A stretch of 64,000 nt of DNA from IMG/VR virus record IMGVR_UViG_3300021431_000075, positions 64,001 to 128,000 of that record. The stretch is one strand, 5' to 3'. The DNA is from a virus (lineage: Duplodnaviria; Caudoviricetes). This document shows, piece by piece, positions 29,537 to 37,141 of the stretch. Both the position numbers and the translations under genes were made by a program. The notes beneath the pieces were generated by a model. The model had not been told where the DNA came from. It did no database searches and saw nothing but the letters and a program-made list of their open reading frames with translations. How positions within the stretch are numbered: the first letter of the stretch is position 1; every line of letters starts with the position of its first letter.

Positions 29537-31732
29537 TTAGACAAAAGACAAGAGATTTCCAGTCCCATCGACATAAAAAACATTGTCTATTCGATAAACA
29601 AAACTATCGCCGTTTTCAACAGGAACAATCTTTATTCCACTCCACTCTCCATAAAAAAGAAGCTTTCCTTTGGATGTAATCATATTCCACTGCGGAGCGT
29701 TCTCGCTATCACACAAGATAATACTATCCACATAAGTGTTTATATTGAATCTTCCACTATTGAACCATCTTTTCCCAAGTATGAACTTTCCGTTCGTGTT
29801 ACAAAAACTATATTCTTTTGATTTGCCATTTTCATTATATTTGGATACTTCAAATACACTGATATTCTCAAATCTGGTTATCGTTTCATACCACTCTTTC
29901 AAAACAAGCGTTCCGTCTGTCCTGATGCAATTCCATTTTCCATCATAACTTTGAACCCGCGCGATTCCGTCTATAAAAACGTCAATCTTTGAATATTTCG
30001 AATAGTCAGAATGAACCATGACACCATACTTGTCTATAATGCCAAGATGATTGTCAATCTTCACTACAGCATATCCATTTTTAAAATTCGTTTCAACTCC
30101 ATCAAACCAGAATTTTGACAGAATCCTCCCTGTTCTGTCAATAAAATTGAATTTTGTTATAAGATCATTTTTCTTATCCGTCACAATAGCAAAGTCTTCA
30201 GAGAACTGCGACACAGACAAATCAATACCAACTCGCTTGTCAAACCACTTTCTTGAAATCAGATTTCCTGACTTATCTATGAAATTCATCTTGTTATTTC
30301 TAAGCACTATCGCGTTTCCGCCTTCATCAAAGCAACCACAATCAGTAAACCATTCCGGCGTACCGTCATCTTTCTCACACAGCACATCTCCTTTCATATC
30401 AATGAAAGTATATCCGAATTTTGAATTGCAAATCCACATCAGACCGTTATGAAAACTGTTTCCATACCCATAAAACCAGTACTTTGATAAATACTTTCCC
30501 TTCGTATTTACCAGATTGTTGCAATTCCCATCACTATGATTCTTATCCCTCACAATCCATAATCCATTGCCTACTCTTGATATGGCGTTAAACTTCTCTG
30601 ACTGAAATAGAATCTTCCCTTTATTGTTACAAACACCTATTCCGTTACTGTTTGAAATAATTCCATACCCATCATCATCAAAATCTTCACAACTAAAATT
30701 GTTCCCAGTAAGCAACTCGTTGCCAGTTGCATCTATATAATTATAACCACCATCCTCATACTCAACTACAGCAAATCCGTTCGAATATTGATTTATAACC
30801 TTATAGTTATTATCAGCAATAAGATTTCCTTTTCCATCAACCAATCCAACACTATTATCTTCAAAGAGCCGGACGATAACTCCATTGGCTGTAAAACCCA
30901 CAATATCCTTAAAAGACTTGTTGACAAACTTTCCATCCCGGTTCATAAGATAGTATTCGTTCTTTTGGAAAGAATATACGGCAAGCAAACCGTTATGAAA
31001 CAAATCAAATTTGTCAGCGATCATCAAGGACTTCACCTGAAACTCATATATGATTTCTCCATTCTTTCTAAGAATCAATCTTCTAATATTAGCTTCATCA
31101 TAATATACGATATACTCACCATCATGCTCTCTTACAATATAAAGATGATATATGTCATATTCTCTGTCTATACACCTTGTCAATCCATATTTCGCAGATG
31201 CCTTGACAATACTTGAAAGATACTCCGTTTCCGATATGTTTGGAAACATATTCTTATACTCATTCGTATTGACAATCAGAATTGCTTCTTTTGAATTAGT
31301 ATTATCAATGTATAACTTTTTTACAAAAGTATCATCATCTATGAACTTTTCAACACTCAAGCCAAATGTGAAGTATTCTTTCATTATAGCAATGATACAG
31401 AACAAGACTTCATTAAACAACTGCACATCAAGATATGATTTGTCAATCCACAAATGAATATTCGCATTTATAAGGTCCAATTTCTCAATATCGTACTTAT
31501 GAACAATATCGCGCTTTTTTAAAAAATCAAAGTAACTTTTGATTCTTTCTTCGACTGCATATGGAAACGCCCGTCGTCCATCCATGTCAATACGCATCAT
31601 AATGTAAACACAATCATCCTCGTTGAAGTAATCGTCGCTATCTTCAACCTCATCAGAGTCAACCTTACTCAACAAGTTCTCATGGAGTGCATCATCAACT
31701 TCGTGCCAGTATGTTTCAATATCTTCATTCAT
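29537..31732 (-). CDS. WG-repeat protein with conserved acidic leader; first gene of the array
   Basis: 731 aa; leader ALHENLLSKVDSDEVEDS; FHNGLLAV and YSNGFAVV...YNYIDATGN. Confidence 0.85.
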   Translation of the reverse strand: MNEDIETYWHEVDDALHENLLSKVDSDEVEDSDDYFNEDDCVYIMMRIDMDGRRAFPYAVEERIKSYFDFLKKRDIVHKYDIEKLDLINANIHLWIDKSYLDVQLFNEVLFCIIAIMKEYFTFGLSVEKFIDDDTFVKKLYIDNTNSKEAILIVNTNEYKNMFPNISETEYLSSIVKASAKYGLTRCIDREYDIYHLYIVREHDGEYIVYYDEANIRRLILRKNGEIIYEFQVKSLMIADKFDLFHNGLLAVYSFQKNEYYLMNRDGKFVNKSFKDIVGFTANGVIVRLFEDNSVGLVDGKGNLIADNNYKVINQYSNGFAVVEYEDGGYNYIDATGNELLTGNNFSCEDFDDDGYGIISNSNGIGVCNNKGKILFQSEKFNAISRVGNGLWIVRDKNHSDGNCNNLVNTKGKYLSKYWFYGYGNSFHNGLMWICNSKFGYTFIDMKGDVLCEKDDGTPEWFTDCGCFDEGGNAIVLRNNKMNFIDKSGNLISRKWFDKRVGIDLSVSQFSEDFAIVTDKKNDLITKFNFIDRTGRILSKFWFDGVETNFKNGYAVVKIDNHLGIIDKYGVMVHSDYSKYSKIDVFIDGIARVQSYDGKWNCIRTDGTLVLKEWYETITRFENISVFEVSKYNENGKSKEYSFCNTNGKFILGKRWFNSGRFNINTYVDSIILCDSENAPQWNMITSKGKLLFYGEWSGIKIVPVENGDSFVYRIDNVFYVDGTGNLLSFV

Positions 31733-31774
31733 GTAGTCAAGCTATTCAAACTTTACACTTTTCCTTATATAATA

Positions 31775-31788
31775 TATAAGATATTTAT
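31775..31788 (-). promoter_or_regulatory. Putative phage late promoter motif ATAAATATCTTATA heading the WG array
   Basis: Exact 14-mer, just downstream of a terminator and ~40 nt upstream of the ATG at 31732. Confidence 0.7.
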
Positions 31789-31800
31789 TTTTATTATTGG

Positions 31801-31842
31801 AAAAAGCAAGCGGAGACCATGCCATCAAACATAGTTCTCCGC
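31801..31842 (-). terminator. Rho-independent terminator
   Basis: GCGGAGAACTATG/CATGGTCTCCGC stem followed by TTGCTTTTT. Confidence 0.75.
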
Positions 31843-31868
31843 GACTCAAATAAAAACCAATAAACAAA

Positions 31869-32213
31869 TTATTTCTTGTTTCTTCTCGGTGCAACAATTC
31901 GCATCATGTACTTTCCCACTTCTGATTTGTACAAAAAGACATCAACTGTATAGTCAGAACCAGCAACAAGTCTACAATTGCATCCACGCTGTTTCATTAT
32001 GTAGTTATGATAGAGCATGATGTTTCCTTCACAACCAAGATCGACATCTCTCCATTGCGCATCCGCAATCTTGAACTCATTGTTACCTTTTCCAATCTTG
32101 ACGTTTCTACAAACAAGATATCTGCCATCATGAACAAACTCGTTAGCCAGTGACCAGCCATTTGTGCTTGAGCGGAAAAACAAACCGCTTCTTTCCAAAG
32201 TTTTCTTTCTCAT
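31869..32213 (-). CDS. Hypothetical protein
   Basis: 114 aa ORF, co-oriented in an operon. Confidence 0.7.
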   Translation of the reverse strand: MRKKTLERSGLFFRSSTNGWSLANEFVHDGRYLVCRNVKIGKGNNEFKIADAQWRDVDLGCEGNIMLYHNYIMKQRGCNCRLVAGSDYTVDVFLYKSEVGKYMMRIVAPRRNKK

Positions 32214-32231
32214 TTCCTAACTATTTTAAAA

Positions 32232-32819
32232 TTAAAACTCTTCTGCTATACTCTTATCCATCAACAAGTTCCAATACGCAGCCGTGTTGCAAATCTTACC
32301 GGCAAAATCCAGCAACGATTTCTCCCGCTCACAATCAATAAGATTATCTGTTCTATTATATGCGGCATCTATCACGACTTTCTTAGCAAACACAGACTCT
32401 TCAAGCAAGAACTTCGGATTGTCATCCACGATTGTATCACAAGGAAACAATGACTTGTTATCAGTGAAAATGATATCATCATAAACAAAGCCATACTTAT
32501 CAAGCCAGTCGAGAACAATCTTCTTGTTCGACAAATCCGGTTGCCATGTACAAATAACAGTCCTGAAACCGTAAGACTTTAGAAGTTGCATCGCATGAAC
32601 AGCACCGTCACACGGCTTGCTTTCCATAAAGACTTCTCTTGCATGCTTCTTGAAGAAGAACTCGTATGGTTTATCAACCTTGTCAAACATAATGTTCACA
32701 TCATATTCAACAATGTCTTTCGGCTGATATGAAATACCAGTTTCTTTCTCATAAAGCCGGCACATAACCGGGATGATATCACGAAGAACGCCATCCACAT
32801 CTATCTTGATTGTATTCAT
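32232..32819 (-). CDS. 5'(3')-deoxyribonucleotidase (HAD superfamily, NT5C-like)
   Basis: Motif I IKIDVDGVLRD, VICT, DWLDKY, K...IVDDNP, DAAYN. Confidence 0.85.
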   Translation of the reverse strand: MNTIKIDVDGVLRDIIPVMCRLYEKETGISYQPKDIVEYDVNIMFDKVDKPYEFFFKKHAREVFMESKPCDGAVHAMQLLKSYGFRTVICTWQPDLSNKKIVLDWLDKYGFVYDDIIFTDNKSLFPCDTIVDDNPKFLLEESVFAKKVVIDAAYNRTDNLIDCEREKSLLDFAGKICNTAAYWNLLMDKSIAEEF

Positions 32820-33256
32820 TTGAGTTTGATTTCAATGTTGTGAAAATAATCAATACCGCACACCATCATCAACAACTGAAGTTCATGAACACTCTTGACC
32901 GGTCTTATAAAACTGTTTATGAAAAGTTCCGGACTGTCTTCCGGATTGCTTTCTGCACTGCCGCTATATGCGACCTTGTCAACCACGGCAAAAGACTCGA
33001 CTTTTCCGTCTGTATCATATACCGGAACAATCATAAGACCGCTTCTCCTGAATACATAAGTCCCGACTCCGCGGAACTTGACAGGAGAGAAACCCATCAT
33101 TGAAACAATATCAACAGTCAATGGGATTGGTTCAAAAGAATCGTCGTTAGAATTAATCGAATATACAAAAAAATCCGGTTCCAACTTGACAACTTTGGGA
33201 AACCCGAGCCTTTTGCTAATAACTATCGCGTTTGGAAAAAAACTGTCTGCCATCAT
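32816..33256 (-). CDS. Hypothetical phage protein (PIPLT...VHELQ-type)
   Basis: 146 aa; FEPIPLT...MGF and VKSVHELQ motifs; similar C-terminal motif (YLHQFRHAL) in 58228-58644. Confidence 0.7.
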   Translation of the reverse strand: MMADSFFPNAIVISKRLGFPKVVKLEPDFFVYSINSNDDSFEPIPLTVDIVSMMGFSPVKFRGVGTYVFRRSGLMIVPVYDTDGKVESFAVVDKVAYSGSAESNPEDSPELFINSFIRPVKSVHELQLLMMVCGIDYFHNIEIKLK

Positions 33257-33262
33257 AACTTA

Positions 33263-33433
33263 TTAATAAAAATAATCATCCTCATCATAAGGCTCGAAAC
33301 CTTCATTATAGAAAACCTGCATGCGCTGCCGCTGACGTTCCGTAAAACCCGTATTAACTTTCTTCTCATCAGACTGCTTATTTGCAGCCTGATTCTCAAC
33401 ATCAATCTCTGTATCAAAATCCTTATTTTCCAT
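33263..33433 (-). CDS. Small acidic protein (56 aa, not in the ORF track)
   Basis: MENKDFDTEIDVENQAANKQSDEKKVNTGFTERQRQRMQVFYNEGFEPYDEDDYFY*. Fits the gap; composition is more gene-like than the overlapping 33253-33456 ORF. Confidence 0.65.
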   Translation of the reverse strand: MENKDFDTEIDVENQAANKQSDEKKVNTGFTERQRQRMQVFYNEGFEPYDEDDYFY

Positions 33434-33517
33434 CTGTCTTGAAAATTTTCATTCAATAATTAAAGACGTATGACGCTTTTGAAAAGTATACAACAAAATA
33501 GCCATTTAGTTTAAAAC

Positions 33518-33553
33518 AAAAAGAAGCGAAACTGCAAATTTCAGTTCCGCTCC
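33518..33553 (-). terminator. Rho-independent terminator
   Basis: GAGCGGAACTG/CAGTTTCGCTTC stem followed by a T-tract, downstream of the lipoprotein gene. Confidence 0.75.
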
Positions 33554-33582
33554 TATATCAACGAACAATAATCCAACTTTAA

Positions 33583-34182
33583 TCATCTTCTTCCAGCCGA
33601 ACCTCTACCGGCACCACGCAATGCACCGGAATGAGACTGAACAGTAGAACGACCAACATTTGGATTTCCGTTAGGTCTTGAAGGCACAGCAACATTAGGT
33701 CTCGCTTGCACAGAACCTGTGCCGAATCTGTTCATTCTTGAAGAAGAAGGTCCCTGCGGTCTCACATCCGGCTTTCCATAACTATTTCTGTTATGATGCT
33801 CAATAGAATTCCTGTGCGTGATTGTATATCCGTTTCCGCGATGCCTGAAAGCCATTCTTGGAGTTCCGTGATGACCGATGAACCTATGTTCAGGTCTGAA
33901 TCCATAATGCGGTCTAAATACGAAACCGCGAGGCTGAACTGTCACGAACGGCTGCAAGCACCACTGTCTTCCAAAGAGATAAGGATAGTAATAAACACCA
34001 AGATAAACATAATGACTCAACAAACCGTCATAATAGACAGGCTCGCCATATGTCACTACCGTTGTATAAGTAACTTCACCAAACTGGTCTGTTTCCTGCG
34101 TAGCCGCATAAGCAACTGTTCCACATCCCGAAAGACTGATAATGCCAAGAACCAGTGCAAAAATCAATAGAATCTTTTTCAT
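33583..34182 (-). CDS. Putative lipoprotein with Tyr/Pro-rich core and Arg/Gly/Ser-rich disordered tail
   Basis: Start moved to MKKILLIFALVLGIISLSG-C (signal peptide II, lipobox LSGC); tail ...GRGSAGRR. Confidence 0.75.
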   Translation of the reverse strand: MKKILLIFALVLGIISLSGCGTVAYAATQETDQFGEVTYTTVVTYGEPVYYDGLLSHYVYLGVYYYPYLFGRQWCLQPFVTVQPRGFVFRPHYGFRPEHRFIGHHGTPRMAFRHRGNGYTITHRNSIEHHNRNSYGKPDVRPQGPSSSRMNRFGTGSVQARPNVAVPSRPNGNPNVGRSTVQSHSGALRGAGRGSAGRR

Positions 34183-34247
34183 AGCAATTATATATGTTTT
34201 ATAATATCTATTGACCGCATATGTCCAAAATGCCATAGGCAAACCAT

Positions 34248-34291
34248 AAAATAAAATAGGAAAAACCATAAACGAATTATAGTTTTTCCTA
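34248..34291 (-). terminator. Probable terminator hairpin
   Basis: TAGGAAAAACTATAA/TTATGGTTTTTCCTA stem followed by TTTTATTTT. Confidence 0.6.
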
Positions 34292-34517
34292 CCACATCAA
34301 AAACAGTAATTAAAATCAAAAGCAATGATTATTTCTTTCGAACACGATAGATTTCAAACCGCCACCATGTGAACTTAAAATAAAAATAAAGATCGTCGAT
34401 AACTTTTCTAAAATCAAACCTCGGCGTCAAACCATGTCCGTCATGTCTGACAAAATAGAAATGTAAGAAACTGTCACTTTTCTTAAAATGATGCTGTCTA
34501 TGAAAAAAACATATGTT

Positions 34518-35162
34518 TCAATCCTTTATTTTTTCCAAATCTTCACCAGAGAATGCGATTTTATCAACATCATCGCATTCGTCCGATGCTATGAAATACT
34601 CATCAATAACGCTACGGGCATGAATCACCTTACCTGTCTTTCCGATAAGTTCCGGATTCTTCTTGCATCTCACAACACGGACTTCATCATCAACATCAAA
34701 CTGCCGAACAGTTATCGTAACCTTTCCTTTAAACAAATGAGAGTTCCTTCCGGATTCACAAATCTCAACAGAATGCGTCATCCCGCCTGAAAGTTGCTTT
34801 TCATCAAGAATCTCATCAATCATATTCTTAATGTTATCCTTTTGCTTTATTTGAATCAAAGAGAAAGTAATAACAAAATTCTCGCCGTCAATCGTTGAAT
34901 GAACTCCATATGCAATAGACTTCAAAAAACGTTCAACTTTCCACACGCAATACGGAAGCAGCGGCTTCAATTTGCCATTCTCGCCATACTCATCAAGTTC
35001 GCAACATTTCGGACACCTGACTTTTCCATCGACAAACCATCCGTCTTCAGCAGCTTCCATTATCGCAGATTCCTCGTTGACAAAAAACTGTTGAGAACCG
35101 CATCTGTATATTGCACCACACCTATCACACTTGATCTGGTACATAACTTTCGTTTCGATCAT
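34518..35162 (-). CDS. Hypothetical protein with N-terminal zinc ribbon and C-terminal KOW/SH3-like segment
   Basis: CDRC...CPKC; FDVDDEVRVV...LIGKTGKV. Confidence 0.7.
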   Translation of the reverse strand: MIETKVMYQIKCDRCGAIYRCGSQQFFVNEESAIMEAAEDGWFVDGKVRCPKCCELDEYGENGKLKPLLPYCVWKVERFLKSIAYGVHSTIDGENFVITFSLIQIKQKDNIKNMIDEILDEKQLSGGMTHSVEICESGRNSHLFKGKVTITVRQFDVDDEVRVVRCKKNPELIGKTGKVIHARSVIDEYFIASDECDDVDKIAFSGEDLEKIKD

Positions 35163-35433
35163 CGTCCTGTTCTCTTTTTGTTTTCTTGATTGTTTCTATC
35201 AAATTCTCTATCTGGTTCAGAATAGTCTCCGGCTGAAACCCTTGGCTTTCTATAAGAAGCTTCTCTATTCTTGCAGTAACTTCATACGCGCCTTCCATAT
35301 GCGCAAGCTTAAGTTCGCGGCGCAAGTCTTCCGAATCAACATCCAAGTTTCCGTTTTCAAGTTTACGGACTGCTTTGTATGCTTTGACCATCTTGTTTGA
35401 ATAGTCAGAAGCTGCTTGTTCAATCGTTATCAT
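35125..35433 (-). CDS. Hypothetical protein
   Basis: 102 aa; IEQAA...AHMEGA motif, also in 43728-43943 (IEETA...AYIEGA). Confidence 0.7.
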   Translation of the reverse strand: MITIEQAASDYSNKMVKAYKAVRKLENGNLDVDSEDLRRELKLAHMEGAYEVTARIEKLLIESQGFQPETILNQIENLIETIKKTKREQDDDRNESYVPDQV

Positions 35434-35446
35434 TGTTTTCTTGTTT

Positions 35447-35827
35447 TTATTCTGTTCTGTTTCCGAGTTCTATAATGAAAACTTCCTTATCAGGAGCTCC
35501 CCATTCAGGGTTCCCGATTCCAATACGAATATCCTTTATCTCAAATGTCATGGTCCTGCTTGTGTATCCGTAACTGAACCTCACATGCGTGTATGGATAA
35601 AACTTGAAGTCGCCATTGACACACCGACTGTCACGGAAGCATTCCTCACAAGAACAGTCCGTACCCGGACATATCGTCTCGCTCGGAATGCATTCAGCAA
35701 ACAAATGCCTGTGCCAGCAAAACCTGCGAAGCCAGTACTCCTTGATTTCACGGTACTCTTCAAGCTTGACTCCGCTCTCAATCAAATCGTACCATTTTGC
35801 TTTAAGAACCAGATTTAGAATCTTCAT
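35447..35827 (-). CDS. ASCH/PUA-like domain protein
   Basis: LNLVLKAKWYDLIESGVKLEEYREIK...VRFSYGY...FIIELG, the ASCH-type GxKxxExR signature. Confidence 0.75.
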   Translation of the reverse strand: MKILNLVLKAKWYDLIESGVKLEEYREIKEYWLRRFCWHRHLFAECIPSETICPGTDCSCEECFRDSRCVNGDFKFYPYTHVRFSYGYTSRTMTFEIKDIRIGIGNPEWGAPDKEVFIIELGNRTE

Positions 35828-35830
35828 TTC

Positions 35831-36448
35831 CTATCTTTTTTGACGGTAAAAGCCTCGATATGTAGTTTTCGGGTTCTTGCATAGACTCATATCCTTGCAT
35901 TTGCCGTTCTCGAACAAACAGCAGTCGTAGCAATGAGCCTCTCTTGTCTCCATGTCAATCCACGTAATGTCGGAGCCGTCATCATCTGTATCATCATCTT
36001 CATCATCTTCTTCATCATCTTCATCATCTTCTTTTTCATTACCCGCGATTCTGTTGATTTCATCGTAAATCCAACTTATCGGTTCCGAGAACCCGCTTGT
36101 ATCAATCAAGCAAATCTGACCGTCCGCATCTGTAATCTTCAGTGACCAGACTTCGATACTTCCGTCATCTTCAACAGTCAAAATATCGACAGACAACTTG
36201 TCAAACTCGATTTCTTTCTTATAGAGTTTAAGATTCAGAAGATTCAGAATATACGGACTCATTGTCTTGATGACTATATCCGAATCATCCTTGACAAAAT
36301 CGCCAAGATTATCGTTGAACCATGCGATTTGTTCCCAAGGAGACCTTTCGTTCTCTGGAAAGTCATAGAACCTTGTATTTTCAGAACCGGTAACTTCATA
36401 ATCTCGAAGTACGCTATAGTTCTCTCCAGTCGTATAAATCTTTATCAT
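35831..36448 (-). CDS. Acidic protein resembling the C-terminal half of an ABC/AAA_21-type ATPase
   Basis: YDFPENERSPWEQ resembles (D/E)EPExxLHPxxQ; IVIKTMSPYILN resembles IITTHSPYIL. No Walker A. Long D/E run and Cys-rich tail. Confidence 0.55.
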   Translation of the reverse strand: MIKIYTTGENYSVLRDYEVTGSENTRFYDFPENERSPWEQIAWFNDNLGDFVKDDSDIVIKTMSPYILNLLNLKLYKKEIEFDKLSVDILTVEDDGSIEVWSLKITDADGQICLIDTSGFSEPISWIYDEINRIAGNEKEDDEDDEEDDEDDDTDDDGSDITWIDMETREAHCYDCCLFENGKCKDMSLCKNPKTTYRGFYRQKR

Positions 36449-37017
36449 TGCTTTTCTTCTTTAAAAACTGGTTTATTTTCTACTTCTTTGATGACAAAAT
36501 CACATTTCTCACAAACATTCAAACTCGTTAAACTATCATGAATTTTATCTCCCTCAGTATATGTGTTAAAACGCAAGCATTGCTCTCTCAACTTACAATA
36601 GATGTTCTGACATTTTCCGTAAGGAACCTGCTTCACATCCTTTATGAATTCACTTGCTATTCTACGAAACCAGTCAATGTAATAAAAACCATCCCACTTG
36701 TATGCTTCAACAGTTTTTGTTTTCTTGTGACCTTCTTTCACTTTAACCACATATCTGTTAGCAGGGTTATATCTTGCAAGAAGCTGCATAAAATACTTAT
36801 ACGGAGTATCATATATGAGTTCTTCGGGTTTCTTTCCTTCCCAATAGTTAAGATTCCGCTTTGCCATCATATAGACAAATTCACGTTCATTATCAGATAG
36901 TTGCGGATATAGATTAACAACACGCTCATAGACATCCCATCGCAAATGAGAACCACACATGCCACCTTGCAAGTACCAAAGAATCTCGAATTGATTAAGC
37001 GTTATTGTTGCTGACAT
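36445..37017 (-). CDS. Hypothetical protein with Cys-rich C-terminus
   Basis: 190 aa; first gene after a Bacteroidetes-type promoter. Confidence 0.75.
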   Translation of the reverse strand: MSATITLNQFEILWYLQGGMCGSHLRWDVYERVVNLYPQLSDNEREFVYMMAKRNLNYWEGKKPEELIYDTPYKYFMQLLARYNPANRYVVKVKEGHKKTKTVEAYKWDGFYYIDWFRRIASEFIKDVKQVPYGKCQNIYCKLREQCLRFNTYTEGDKIHDSLTSLNVCEKCDFVIKEVENKPVFKEEKQ

Positions 37018-37042
37018 AGAACTGTATTTTTAATAATTTCTG

Positions 37043-37073
37043 CAAATATAGAGTTTTCTCACCAAACTACAAA
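37043..37073 (-). promoter_or_regulatory. Bacteroidetes sigma-A promoter (-33 TTTG / -7 TATATTTG)
   Basis: TTTG-N19-TATATTTG on the minus strand matches TTTG-N19-21-TAnnTTTG. Directly after a terminator. Confidence 0.85.
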
Positions 37074-37102
37074 ACTTCTATAGATAATTTTAGGTTTTAT
37101 TT

Positions 37103-37136
37103 AAAAAAGCAAGCGACAAATCAAAATGCCGCTTGC
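37103..37136 (-). terminator. Rho-independent terminator
   Basis: GCAAGCGGCA/TGTCGCTTGC stem followed by TTTTTT. Confidence 0.85.
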
Positions 37137-37141
37137 CTGAT

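Noticed and set aside
1-31732. Diversity-generating retroelement or invertible shufflon acting on the WG genes
   Set aside because: No reverse transcriptase, no template/variable repeat pair with adenine-specific differences, no inverted cassettes and no dedicated invertase in the window. A trans-acting element elsewhere cannot be excluded.
33253-33456. 67-aa ORF in the track
   Set aside because: The alternative frame 33263-33433 fits spacing and composition better.
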